A DNA stretch of 42,040 nt from Pilosibacter sp. (GCA_045647085.1 JAZRLX010000201.1:1-42040), one strand, 5' to 3'. Shown: positions 10,128-20,104, counted from the stretch's first letter. Program-made: numbers and translations. Notes: generated from the letters alone by a model not told the origin.

Positions 10128-10844
10128 ATGAATTACAAAAAAGAAGATCGAAACAACGGAAAAACTATGAAATCATTACCGGAATCGGAGCGTCCTTATG
10201 AGAAGGCGGTCGAGTACGGTGTGGAGAGTCTTTCGGATGCAGAGCTGTTGGCTGTGATCCTTCGGACCGGAACCAAAGATAAATCAGTCAGAGACCTGGC
10301 TGAAGAAATATTGAAGCTGGGGAATCCTTCGGGACTTCCCGGCCTTCTTCATCACTCGCTGGCAGATTATCAGGAGATTCGAGGGATTGGTTTGGTTAAG
10401 GCGATCCAATTGTCTTGTATCGGAGAGCTTTCTAAGAGGATCTGGAAATCAGCAAAGGTAACCAGTGAGCTGATATGCAGAAATCCTGCTGTGATCGCTG
10501 AGTATTTTATGGAGGAAATGCGTCACAAAGAACAGGAATTTCTAAAAATGCTGATTCTAAATACGAAGAATATACTTATGAAGGATGTTGACATTTCAAA
10601 GGGAACAGTAAATGCATCGTTGGCTACTCCGCGTGAGATTTATATTGAAGCACTCAAATTTCGTGGTTCCAGTGTCATTTTACTTCATAATCACCCAAGC
10701 GGAGATCCGACTCCGAGCAACGATGACTGCCTTTTTACAAAACGGGTGGCAGAAGCCGGAAAGATGATCGGGATCTCGCTGTTAGATCACATCATTATAG
10801 GAGATAATTCCTATGTGAGCTTAAAAGAACGGGGAATTTTATAA
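10128..10844 (+). CDS. radC: RadC / UPF0758 JAB-domain protein
   Basis: ERPYEK, LSDAELLAVILRTG, HNHPSGDPTPS, LLDHIIIG; start set at ATG 10128 (alternative 10167). Confidence 0.93.
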   Translation: MNYKKEDRNNGKTMKSLPESERPYEKAVEYGVESLSDAELLAVILRTGTKDKSVRDLAEEILKLGNPSGLPGLLHHSLADYQEIRGIGLVKAIQLSCIGELSKRIWKSAKVTSELICRNPAVIAEYFMEEMRHKEQEFLKMLILNTKNILMKDVDISKGTVNASLATPREIYIEALKFRGSSVILLHNHPSGDPTPSNDDCLFTKRVAEAGKMIGISLLDHIIIGDNSYVSLKERGIL

Positions 10845-10846
10845 CA

Positions 10847-11689
10847 ATGAAAAATACCAGATATTTTTTGATCGGTTTATCAATATTTTGTATCTGTATG
10901 ATCGGTATTACGTCTTTAAAGGGCAGCTTGCTGAATCCACTGCGAAGTGCAGTCGGATATGTATTAGTTCCGATCCAGTCGGGAGTCAATGCAGTTGGCG
11001 GAAGTATCTACGAAGAAGCTACGAACATCCGTGAATTAAAAACTGCGTTGGAAGAAAATGAACGACTGCAGGCGCGTGTCGATGAGCTGACCGAGGAAAA
11101 TACCAGACTTCGAGCAGAACAGCTTGAACTGGAAAGACTCAGAAATCTGTATGAGCTGGATACTCAGTATATGCAGTACAATAAAGTTGGAGCGAGGATC
11201 ATTGCGAAGGATACAGGCTCCTGGTTTTCTGTGTTCCGCATTGATAAAGGTTCAGCAGATGGGATAAAAGAAAATATGAATGTCATTGCAGGCGGTGGTC
11301 TTGTTGGAATCGTAACAGACGTTGGAGCCAATTATGCAACCGTACGTTCTATCATTGATGACTCTAGTGAGGTCAGCGCAATGGCGCAGCAGTCCGGAGA
11401 TACATGTATCGTGTCCGGTGATCTGAAACTTTATAATGAGGGACGTTTAAATCTCGGATACATGGAAAAAGATGATGATGTGAAAGATGGCGACATGATC
11501 GTAACATCCAATATCAGCGGTAAATTCCTTCCGGGAATTTTGATCGGATATGCAACAGACATTACCGTGGATTATAGTGATAACCTTACAAAATCCGGAT
11601 ATGTGATCCCGGTCGCACAGTTTGATCGACTTCAGGAAGTATTAGTAATCACGGATTTAAAGGATGCGGGGCCTGAAATTAATGAATAA
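10847..11689 (+). CDS. mreC: rod shape-determining protein MreC
   Basis: N-terminal TM helix, coiled coil, IDKGSADGI, GLVGIV, VTSNISGKFLPGILIG. Confidence 0.93.
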   Translation: MKNTRYFLIGLSIFCICMIGITSLKGSLLNPLRSAVGYVLVPIQSGVNAVGGSIYEEATNIRELKTALEENERLQARVDELTEENTRLRAEQLELERLRNLYELDTQYMQYNKVGARIIAKDTGSWFSVFRIDKGSADGIKENMNVIAGGGLVGIVTDVGANYATVRSIIDDSSEVSAMAQQSGDTCIVSGDLKLYNEGRLNLGYMEKDDDVKDGDMIVTSNISGKFLPGILIGYATDITVDYSDNLTKSGYVIPVAQFDRLQEVLVITDLKDAGPEINE

Positions 11690-12212
11690 CAATATCAAAC
11701 GAATAGGAATCAATCTTCTTTTGATCGTACTTGCATTTATCGTGCAGACATGTGTGTTTCCACTGATTCCGTTTCTTGCAGTATATCCGAATCTGCTGCT
11801 GATCCTGATCTTCTCATTCGGATTTATCAGGGGCAGCAACTCCGGTATCTGTTATGGTCTGGTTGCAGGACTGCTTCTGGATCTTTCTTCAGGCGGAGCG
11901 TTGGGATTTTATACCTTGTTTTATATCTGGATGGGGTATGTCAACGGAATTTGTACGAAATATTATTATGAAGATTATATTACACTGCCATTGGTTCTTT
12001 GTGTATTAAATGAATTCTCTTACAATTTATATTTATATGTATTTGGATTTTTAGTGCGCGGAAGACTTAGTTTTGGCTATTATCTGGTAAATATTATTTT
12101 ACCGGAAACGATATTTACTGTTGTAACCACTCTGATCGTATATCGACTGTTCTTATTTATCAGCCGAAAACTGGAAGAGATGGAAAAAAGGAGAGACACG
12201 ACGATTGTATAA
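11682..12212 (+). CDS. mreD: rod shape-determining protein MreD
   Basis: multi-TM protein, PNLLLIL and GLLLDL motifs; overlaps the mreC stop. Confidence 0.9.
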   Translation: MNNNIKRIGINLLLIVLAFIVQTCVFPLIPFLAVYPNLLLILIFSFGFIRGSNSGICYGLVAGLLLDLSSGGALGFYTLFYIWMGYVNGICTKYYYEDYITLPLVLCVLNEFSYNLYLYVFGFLVRGRLSFGYYLVNIILPETIFTVVTTLIVYRLFLFISRKLEEMEKRRDTTIV

Positions 12213-15084
12213 CGATTTACTGGAAATTTTCAAAGATTTTATTAAGAAACTTCTGGCTTCCAGATTATTTATCCTGAGCATATTCTTCACCGGATTGTTC
12301 GGGATTCTTGTCGTGCGCCTTTTTAATCTTCAGGTTGTCAGCGGTGAAGAATATCAGGAAGACTACATGGCACTGACGGAGAAGACAATCAAGCTGGATA
12401 GCACCAGAGGCAATATTTACGATAAAAACGGAAATATACTGGCTTATAATGAACTATCTTATAATGTTACGATTCAGGATAATGGTGATTATACAAAGAG
12501 CAACGATAGAAACAGAATGTTGCTGGAGCTTGTGCGGATTTTATATCGTCATGGAGAGGCAGTTGAAGGAGAGTTCTCAATCGGCTTTGATTCGTCCGGA
12601 AAAATGGTCTATACAACCACAAGTGAATCTTCCAGAAAACGCTTTATTGCAGATTTCTATGGACTGAGATCTACAACAGAGCTGGATGATGAAAAGGGGG
12701 AATATCCATCTGATATCACTCCGAGAGAGATGTTCGAAAAGCGTGTCAGTTATTATGGTTTGGATAAGCTGAAAGATGATGATGGAAATTTGATCGAGAT
12801 CACAGATGAAGAGGCTCTTGGAATCATCAATATTCGTTACACCATGGGTTTTACCGCGTATCGCAAATATGAGTCCACAACGGTAGCAACGAATGTTAGT
12901 AAAGAGACGATGACAGATGTACTGGAGAATTCTGCGGAATTGAAAGGTGTTGGTATCGACAAGTCGACCATTCGAGTATACAATGACAGCATTTACTTTG
13001 CACCGATCATCGGATATATCGGAAAAGTTTGGGATGACGAACTAGAAAGCCTTCAGGCGGTCAATCCTGATTATGACCTGACAGATCTGGTTGGTAAGAT
13101 TGGTATTGAAGCCTCCATGGAAACGAAGCTTCAGGGTCAAAAAGGTTCTCAAACGATGTATGTAGACAGCCAGGGACGTATTATTGAAATTGTAGATCAA
13201 ACAGCCCCGGTGGCAGGCGATGATGTATATTTGACGATCGATCGGGATCTTCAGATAGGTGTATATCATCTTTTAGAGCAGCAGCTTGCGGGTATCATTA
13301 CAGATAAGCTCGTAAATCGTGATCTGACAGAGGCAGACTATAACAAGGCATCGAATCTTCCGATTCCGGTAAAAGACGCGTATTATCAGCTGATCAATAA
13401 CAATGTATTAGATGTTAAAGCATTTTCAGCGGTAGAAGCTTCTCAGGTTGAAAAAAATATTTTTGCAAAATACAGCAATGCGAGAACGGATGTAACATCT
13501 GCGATCCGTTCAGAGCTGATGAACGAACAGGCAACGGAATTGATCGATCTTCCGGAAGACATGTTCGCATATATGCAGTATATCTATTCATTCCTGGTAA
13601 GTGACGGAATCATTCAGACATCGAAGATCGATCAGAATTCGGATGCATATAAAAACTGGAAGGCAGATACGATCAGCCTTAGAGATTACATTTATGCCGG
13701 AATTGCGGAGAGCTGGATCGATACAACGAAACTTTTGATTGAGTCTCGCTATTCCGATGCGGATCAGATTTACGAAGTGATCATTGAGTATGTGATGGAC
13801 GATCTGCAAAACGATACCGCCTTTGCAAAGAAAATTTATAGATACTTGATCAATAAACAAGTTGTAACAGGAAAAGAGCTTTGTCTGGCTCTCTATGCGC
13901 AGAATGTACTGGCTTATGATGAAAATGAAGTAAGACTTCTGGAACAGAACGGCGATGAGCACGCATTCCAGTTCATCCGAAAGAAAATTTCCGAGATGGA
14001 GATCACTCCGGCTCAGCTGGCTCTGGATCCGTGTTCGGCCAGTTGCGTGATCACAGATGTTAACACAGGAGAAGTTCGTGCACTTGTCACATACCCAAGT
14101 TATGATAATAATAAATTTTCCGGAAGTGTTGATGCGGAGTACTACAGCAAGTTAAATAATGACTTGTCTCTTCCATTATATAATAATGCGACCCAGGCGC
14201 AAAAGGCACCTGGTTCAACCTTTAAGCCGATCATTGCTATAGCGGCATTGGAAGAGGGGGTCGTTGGCCAGAGCGAGAAGATCAATTGTGTCGGTCAATA
14301 TCAGGAAATCTCTCCGTACTTAAAGTGTTGGGTATATCCTGGTATGCATGGACCGTTGGATGCGGAACACGGCATTATGAACTCTTGCAACGTATTCTTT
14401 GCAGAGATGGGTCATCGTTTTTCCATTGCGCAAGATGGAAGTTATGATCCGGGTCATGGTATTGAGATCATTCGTAAATATGCGTCAATGTTTGGCTTGG
14501 ATGAAACCTCAGGTATTGAGATTTCTGAGAAAACACCTCAGATGACAACGGAAAAACCGGAAGCATCTTCCATTGGTCAGGGTACCAACTCATATTCCAA
14601 TGTGCAGCTTGCCCGTTACGTTACAGCGATGGCTAATCGTGGTACTGTTTATAATCTTAGTCTGTTAGATAAGAGGACAGATTCTCAGGGCAGTGTTTTG
14701 GAGGACTATACTCCGGAAGTTCGATCCGAGATTAATATTTCAGATTCTACCTGGACGGTTGTTCAGCGTGGTATGAGAAAAGTAATTTCAGATGGTTCTG
14801 CAAGAAAGATCTTCAGTGATCTGGAAGTCGATATTGCAGGTAAGACAGGCACAGCCGAGGAGGTTAAGAACGGTCACAAAGTAAACCATGCGTTTTTCGT
14901 TTCCTTTGCACCGTATCAAAACCCGGAAGTTGCGGTAACAGTCAATATTCCATTTGGTTATACATCTACCAATGCAGCGACGGTAGCCAAGAACGTGTAC
15001 CGTTATTATTATGGTTATACGGATTTAGATTATATTTTAAACAATCATGCTCTCAATGTTTCCGACGTTGAGATCAGTGACTAA
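12205..15084 (+). CDS. mrdA: class B penicillin-binding protein (PBP2/MrdA-like transpeptidase), TTG start
   Basis: N-terminal TM, RGNIYDKNG, GKIGIE, PGSTFK (SxxK), SCN (SxN), AGKTGT (KTG); follows mreCD. Confidence 0.88.
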   Translation: MYNDLLEIFKDFIKKLLASRLFILSIFFTGLFGILVVRLFNLQVVSGEEYQEDYMALTEKTIKLDSTRGNIYDKNGNILAYNELSYNVTIQDNGDYTKSNDRNRMLLELVRILYRHGEAVEGEFSIGFDSSGKMVYTTTSESSRKRFIADFYGLRSTTELDDEKGEYPSDITPREMFEKRVSYYGLDKLKDDDGNLIEITDEEALGIINIRYTMGFTAYRKYESTTVATNVSKETMTDVLENSAELKGVGIDKSTIRVYNDSIYFAPIIGYIGKVWDDELESLQAVNPDYDLTDLVGKIGIEASMETKLQGQKGSQTMYVDSQGRIIEIVDQTAPVAGDDVYLTIDRDLQIGVYHLLEQQLAGIITDKLVNRDLTEADYNKASNLPIPVKDAYYQLINNNVLDVKAFSAVEASQVEKNIFAKYSNARTDVTSAIRSELMNEQATELIDLPEDMFAYMQYIYSFLVSDGIIQTSKIDQNSDAYKNWKADTISLRDYIYAGIAESWIDTTKLLIESRYSDADQIYEVIIEYVMDDLQNDTAFAKKIYRYLINKQVVTGKELCLALYAQNVLAYDENEVRLLEQNGDEHAFQFIRKKISEMEITPAQLALDPCSASCVITDVNTGEVRALVTYPSYDNNKFSGSVDAEYYSKLNNDLSLPLYNNATQAQKAPGSTFKPIIAIAALEEGVVGQSEKINCVGQYQEISPYLKCWVYPGMHGPLDAEHGIMNSCNVFFAEMGHRFSIAQDGSYDPGHGIEIIRKYASMFGLDETSGIEISEKTPQMTTEKPEASSIGQGTNSYSNVQLARYVTAMANRGTVYNLSLLDKRTDSQGSVLEDYTPEVRSEINISDSTWTVVQRGMRKVISDGSARKIFSDLEVDIAGKTGTAEEVKNGHKVNHAFFVSFAPYQNPEVAVTVNIPFGYTSTNAATVAKNVYRYYYGYTDLDYILNNHALNVSDVEISD

Positions 15085-15106
15085 ATTTCAGAAAGGAGTT
15101 TCTTCC

Positions 15107-15772
15107 ATGCGAGATTCAGTTGTGATCAAAGGAAACAAAGCAGGAATGACAGTCATTCTGGATGCTGAGATTGCTTTTGACGAACTTATTCATGCGGTGG
15201 AGATAAAATTTAAAGAGACCGCGAGATTCTGGGGAAATGCACAGATGACACTGACCCTGGAAGGAAGAATACTTACTGCAAAAGAAGAACTTCAGATTGT
15301 CAATACGATTACGGAGAATTCCGGCATTGAGATTCTGTGCCTGATCGATACGGATGCAAAACGGATTGAACGATGCGAGAAAGCACTCAATGAAAAATTG
15401 ATGGAATTGTCCTCTTCGACCGGACAGTTTTATAAAGGAACGCTCCGTTCAGGTGATGTATTGGAATCGGAAGCCAGTATCGTCATCATCGGAGATATTG
15501 AAAATGGTGCAAGGGTTGCTGCTAAAGGGAATGTGATCATCCTTGGCAGCCTGAAAGGCACCGTTCACGCAGGCGTAGCAGGAAATAGTAATGCCGTGGT
15601 TGTGGCTTTTGAAATGGCGCCGGACCAGGTAAAGATTTCCGACATGAATTTCCAGAAAACGAAGAGTGGGAAACTCCTGGGAAGGGGACCAATGATGATT
15701 CTGGTAGAAAATGGACGAATTTGTTCGGAAGGAATAAAAAAGAATTTTTTTACTTCGTTAAATTTTATTTAA
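15107..15772 (+). CDS. minC: septum site-determining protein MinC
   Basis: GTLRSG beta-helix start, GNVIILGSLKGTVHAG; AAAGGAG RBS before ATG 15107. Confidence 0.9.
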   Translation: MRDSVVIKGNKAGMTVILDAEIAFDELIHAVEIKFKETARFWGNAQMTLTLEGRILTAKEELQIVNTITENSGIEILCLIDTDAKRIERCEKALNEKLMELSSSTGQFYKGTLRSGDVLESEASIVIIGDIENGARVAAKGNVIILGSLKGTVHAGVAGNSNAVVVAFEMAPDQVKISDMNFQKTKSGKLLGRGPMMILVENGRICSEGIKKNFFTSLNFI

Positions 15773-15875
15773 TACTGGAAAACTATCGGATTTTCATGTA
15801 AAATAGTACTGATAGAGTCATGAATAGACTCGTGCAAATTTGCACAAAAACAACTGAATACAGGAGGATATTCTT

Positions 15876-16667
15876 ATGAGTGAAGTCATTGTTGTTACAT
15901 CCGGTAAAGGGGGTGTAGGCAAGACGACAACCTCTGCGAATGTCGGAACCGGTCTTGCCATGATGGGTGCCAAGGTTGTTTTGATCGATACTGATATCGG
16001 TCTGCGGAATCTGGATGTTGTCATGGGATTGGAAAACCGTATCGTCTACAATCTTGTAGATGTGGTGGAGGGGAATTGTCGTATGAAGCAAGCCCTTATA
16101 AAAGACAAAAGATATCCGAACCTGTTTTTACTTCCGTCGGCTCAGACGAAGGACAAGTCCGCGGTTACTCCCGGACAGATGCAGAAGCTGGTCGATGATT
16201 TAAGAGAAGAATTTGATTATGTACTGTTAGATTGTCCGGCAGGGATCGAACAAGGATTTAAAAATGCAATTGCAGGTGCTGACCGTGCGTTTGTAGTAAC
16301 CACACCGGAAGTTTCAGCAATCCGTGATGCAGACCGAATCATCGGTCTATTGGAAGCGGATGGGATCACGAAGATCGACCTGATCGTGAATCGTGTCCGT
16401 ATGGATATGGTGCGGCGCGGCGATATGATGTCGATCGAAGATGTGATGGATATCCTTGGGGTTCCTTTGATCGGTGCGATTCCTGATGACGAGGAGATCG
16501 TGATCTCTACAAATCAAGGAGAACCGTTAGCGGGTATGAATTCCGCATCCGGACAAGCTTATCTTAATATTTGCAAACGTGTATTTGGTCAGGAGGTACC
16601 GCTTGTGGATATGGAAAAGAAACGCAGTTTTTTTGCAAGATTTTCAGGACGTTTAAAACGAGCGTAG
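15876..16667 (+). CDS. minD: septum site-determining ATPase MinD
   Basis: SGKGGVGKTT deviant Walker A, DIGLRNLD, DCPAGIE, C-terminal amphipathic helix SFFARF. Confidence 0.97.
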   Translation: MSEVIVVTSGKGGVGKTTTSANVGTGLAMMGAKVVLIDTDIGLRNLDVVMGLENRIVYNLVDVVEGNCRMKQALIKDKRYPNLFLLPSAQTKDKSAVTPGQMQKLVDDLREEFDYVLLDCPAGIEQGFKNAIAGADRAFVVTTPEVSAIRDADRIIGLLEADGITKIDLIVNRVRMDMVRRGDMMSIEDVMDILGVPLIGAIPDDEEIVISTNQGEPLAGMNSASGQAYLNICKRVFGQEVPLVDMEKKRSFFARFSGRLKRA

Positions 16668-16670
16668 CCG

Positions 16671-16946
16671 TTGTTTCGTCTTCTTGAATTCCTGACCAAA
16701 AAGAATTCCGGCACGATAGCGAAGAGGCGTCTGCAGTTTGTTCTGATCGCAGACCGCATTGGATGTACGCAGGAAATTCTTGAAATGATCAAAGACGATA
16801 TGATAAAAGCCATTTCAAAATACATGGAAATTGATACGACAGGATTAGAGATAAAGATCACACAGGTGGAGGATCGGTCCGAATCGGTACCTGTTCTTTA
16901 TGTCAGTATTCCGGTTCGTATTCTTCTTACCAAGGGGATTTGTTAG
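16671..16946 (+). CDS. minE: cell division topological specificity factor MinE (TTG start)
   Basis: SGTIAKRRLQFVLIADR, ISKYMEID; follows minD. Confidence 0.88.
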   Translation: MFRLLEFLTKKNSGTIAKRRLQFVLIADRIGCTQEILEMIKDDMIKAISKYMEIDTTGLEIKITQVEDRSESVPVLYVSIPVRILLTKGIC

Positions 16947-16948
16947 AA

Positions 16949-18079
16949 ATGCTTTCCGAATACAATTTTAGAGACTATAATTTTAAAATTCTGCTTTCTG
17001 TACTGGCCTTAAACGGTGTAGGCCTGATGGTAATCAACAGTGCAGTAGGCGGAGACCGTTCATACATTAACCGACAGTTGATCGGTTTATTTGGCGGATT
17101 GATGATCGCCATTATCCTTTCACTGATCAGTTATCGTTTTATCTTAAGATTCAGTGTGTTGATCTATCTTGCATGTATTGGAATCTTAGCAGCAGTTATT
17201 GTCATGGGCCAGCTCGGCGGAGCAGGAACAGGATCTCAGCGTTGGATCGAACTTCCTGTGTTAGGCCGACTGCAGCCTTCCGAATTTGTAAAGATCGGTC
17301 TGATCGTATTCTTTTCCTGGTTCTTACAAAAGAATCAGGAAAGGATCGACCAACCGTTGATCTTGCTCCTGATCGCAGCCTTGGCCGCAGCTCCGTTACT
17401 GTTAATTATGAAGCAGCCGGATCTTTCTACCAGTATTGTGATCATGGTATTTATTCTTTGTTTGATCTATATTGCAGGGATCAGTTATAAATGGATCATA
17501 GGTGCCCTGTCAGTAGGAATTCCGGGAATAGCACTGATCATTTATCTGGCGCAGCATAATATGGTTCCTTTTTTGCGTCCATATCAGGTAAATCGTATCT
17601 TGGCGTTTATTAATCCGGAAAAGTATGCAGATCTGGATCTGCAGCAGAAAAACTCAGAAATGGCCATTGGTTCCGGTCAGTTATATGGTAAGGGATTGTT
17701 TAATGATACCGCCATTTCTGTTAAAAACGGAAACTTCTTATCAGAAGAGCATACGGATTTTATTTTCTCTGTAATCGGAGAAGAGCTTGGATTTGTAGGT
17801 TGTATGATTGTTCTGCTATTATATCTGTGGTTCATTTACGAATGTCTTCGTATGGCAGGAAAGGCAAAAGATATATCCGGTAAATTGATTTGTACCGGTA
17901 TGGCAGCACTTGTGGGATTCCAGGCTTTTACCAATATTGCAGTTGCTACGGGTGTGTTTCCCAACACCGGACTTCCGTTACCATTCATCAGTTATGGCGT
18001 AAGCTCGCTGGTAAGCCTATATATAGGAGTCGGCCTTGTATTGAATGTCGGTCTCCAACCAAGTAAACTGGAATTTTAG
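16949..18079 (+). CDS. rodA: SEDS peptidoglycan polymerase, RodA-like
   Basis: [38 protein letters not shown]; in mre/pbp2 operon. Confidence 0.88.
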   Translation: MLSEYNFRDYNFKILLSVLALNGVGLMVINSAVGGDRSYINRQLIGLFGGLMIAIILSLISYRFILRFSVLIYLACIGILAAVIVMGQLGGAGTGSQRWIELPVLGRLQPSEFVKIGLIVFFSWFLQKNQERIDQPLILLLIAALAAAPLLLIMKQPDLSTSIVIMVFILCLIYIAGISYKWIIGALSVGIPGIALIIYLAQHNMVPFLRPYQVNRILAFINPEKYADLDLQQKNSEMAIGSGQLYGKGLFNDTAISVKNGNFLSEEHTDFIFSVIGEELGFVGCMIVLLLYLWFIYECLRMAGKAKDISGKLICTGMAALVGFQAFTNIAVATGVFPNTGLPLPFISYGVSSLVSLYIGVGLVLNVGLQPSKLEF

Positions 18080-18090
18080 GAGGAAACATT

Positions 18091-18486
18091 ATGAATGTAG
18101 GACTAATTGCCCATGATTCCAAGAAAAAACTTATGCAGAACTTTTGCATCGCTTACAAGGGAATTTTATGTAAGCACAATCTTTATGCGACCGGAACAAC
18201 CGGTAAACTCATTGAAGAAGTAACAAACCTGACTGTCCATAAATATCTTCCGGGACATTTGGGCGGCGAACAGCAGATGGGTGCACAGATTGAGAATAAC
18301 GATATTGATCTTGTTATTTTCCTGCGTGATCCGTTAGCGCCGAAGTCCCACGAGCCGGACGTTAACAAAGCGGTAAAGCTTTGCGATACACACAATGTTC
18401 CGCTGGCTACTAATCTGGCTACAGCAGAATTATTAGTAAAAGCTCTTGATCGTGGAGATTTGGAATGGAGAGAAATGTTCAGATAA
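18091..18486 (+). CDS. mgsA: methylglyoxal synthase-like protein (variant active site)
   Basis: LIAHD.KK, ATGTTG, FLRDP, HEPDV, PLATN; canonical SGPxGGD reads PGHLGGE. Confidence 0.8.
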   Translation: MNVGLIAHDSKKKLMQNFCIAYKGILCKHNLYATGTTGKLIEEVTNLTVHKYLPGHLGGEQQMGAQIENNDIDLVIFLRDPLAPKSHEPDVNKAVKLCDTHNVPLATNLATAELLVKALDRGDLEWREMFR

Positions 18487-19439
18487 GATTTCGAATGATC
18501 CCTCTGATCCTGGCTGTCACACTTGGTTTATGTGGTTGTCAGAAACAGGTTTCGTTTGAAAAGCACTATAGTTTTGAAGATCGCCTGGTTCAACTTGAAG
18601 AAGTCGGATCAGACGGTTTTTCGCGTTCGTTTGCGAATGATATTAGCGTTGCCAGCGGTAACGATGATACAGATACAGTTCTAACTGCAGATGCTGCTGC
18701 AGTATTCGAGATTGGCGGAACAGAGGTTGTATTTGAACAATCGGCGTTGAATCGTATGAATCCGGCAAGCACCACTAAGATCATGACCGCGATTGTTGCA
18801 TTGAAGTATGGAAACCTTGATGATCTCGTGACAGTTACAGATGATGCGATCATTACAGAATCCGGCTCCTCTATGGCCGGTGTAAAACCGGGAGATGTTA
18901 TGAGCCTGGAAGATTTGCTCTATGGACTGATGATCCCTTCCGGTAATGATGCTGCCAATGCGATCGCAGTTCACATTGGTGGTTCCATTGATGAATTTGT
19001 CAAGATGATGAATGAAGAAGCTTATCGCATTGGAGCAACGAATACGCATTTCAAAAATGCTAATGGCTTGACAGATCCGGAACATTATACGACTGCTTAT
19101 GATCTCTATCTGATGTTTAATGAAGCATTAAAATATGATGTATTCCGTACGATCATCGGAGCTCATGCGCACAATGCATCTTATTTTGATGCAACAGGAA
19201 ATCCATTGTCTGCTTCCTGGGGAGTAGGGAACTACTACATGAATGGCAAATGTGAGACTCCGGAAGGGTTGTTTGTTTTTGGCGGAAAGACAGGTACTAC
19301 TCAGGCAGCCGGTTATTGCCTGATCATGGGAAGCAGGACAGAAGACGGACGTGAATTTGCATCTGTAATTATGAAAGCAGACAGCAGAAATGCCCTATAT
19401 GATGACATGACAGAGATTATTTCGAAAATTGACAAATAA
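18465..19439 (+). CDS. D-alanyl-D-alanine carboxypeptidase (peptidase S11), probable lipoprotein
   Basis: PASTTK (SxxK), PSGND (SxN), GGKTGTT; lipobox-like LCGC after a hydrophobic stretch. Confidence 0.9.
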   Translation: MERNVQIRFRMIPLILAVTLGLCGCQKQVSFEKHYSFEDRLVQLEEVGSDGFSRSFANDISVASGNDDTDTVLTADAAAVFEIGGTEVVFEQSALNRMNPASTTKIMTAIVALKYGNLDDLVTVTDDAIITESGSSMAGVKPGDVMSLEDLLYGLMIPSGNDAANAIAVHIGGSIDEFVKMMNEEAYRIGATNTHFKNANGLTDPEHYTTAYDLYLMFNEALKYDVFRTIIGAHAHNASYFDATGNPLSASWGVGNYYMNGKCETPEGLFVFGGKTGTTQAAGYCLIMGSRTEDGREFASVIMKADSRNALYDDMTEIISKIDK

Positions 19440-19442
19440 TCG

Positions 19443-19471
19443 TTGCAATTTTTGAGCAAATAGACTATAAT
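19443..19471 (+). promoter_or_regulatory. sigma-A promoter
   Basis: TTGCAA-17 bp-TATAAT upstream of the 139-aa ORF. Confidence 0.75.
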
Positions 19472-19530
19472 CAAAACATGCCAAAAGTGACTTTTTATAC
19501 AAATTATATAAATTCAAGGAGGAGATCATT

Positions 19531-19950
19531 ATGGTGCAGATCATCGCAGGAAAAAAGGGTAAAGGCAAAACAAAATATTTATTAGATATGGCTAATACAG
19601 CTGTTAAAGAAGCTAAAGGTTCTATCGTTTATTTAGATAAGAGCGCTAAGCACATGTACGAACTCAGCAATAAGATCCGTCTTATCAACGTAGCAGAGTA
19701 TCCGGTACATAACGCTGAAGGCTTCATCGGCTTCGTTTGTGGAATCATTTCCCAGGATCACGATCTTGAGGCTATGTATCTCGACAGCTTCATCAAGTTA
19801 GCTTCCCTTGAGGGTGAAGACCTCACAGCTACACTTGCTGATCTCGAGCAGATTAGTGCAAAATACAATGTTAACTTTGTATTAAGCGTTTCCAAGGACA
19901 GCGAAGAGCTTCCGGAGATCGCAAAAGATATGGTTCTGGTTGCTTTATAA
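19531..19950 (+). CDS. small P-loop protein of unknown function
   Basis: GKKGKGKT Walker A at the N-terminus, AMYLDS Walker-B-like; strong AAGGAGG RBS; biased codon usage. Confidence 0.85.
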   Translation: MVQIIAGKKGKGKTKYLLDMANTAVKEAKGSIVYLDKSAKHMYELSNKIRLINVAEYPVHNAEGFIGFVCGIISQDHDLEAMYLDSFIKLASLEGEDLTATLADLEQISAKYNVNFVLSVSKDSEELPEIAKDMVLVAL

Positions 19951-19976
19951 ATTGCAGATCCTTATTACGCATATTC

Positions 19977-20004
19977 AAGGCATGGACATTAGTCCATGCC
20001 TTTT
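19977..20004 (+). terminator. intrinsic terminator
   Basis: perfect 11-bp stem AAGGCATGGAC/GTCCATGCCTT then TTCT. Confidence 0.8.
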
Positions 20005-20075
20005 CTGCATATTTTTGCATTACTGATTGATAATATAAGCTGTCGAATTGCGTAGACAATATCACAAAAAATAAC

Positions 20076-20104
20076 TTGCAAATTTAATTGATATGTGTTA
20101 CACT
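20076..20104 (+). promoter_or_regulatory. sigma-A promoter of the tRNA gene
   Basis: A-rich UP region, TTGCAA-17 bp-TG-n-TACACT. Confidence 0.7.

Noticed and set aside
20041-20047. Spo0A box TGTCGAA upstream of the tRNA promoter
   Set aside because: A single 7-mer is expected by chance, and there is no supporting second box.
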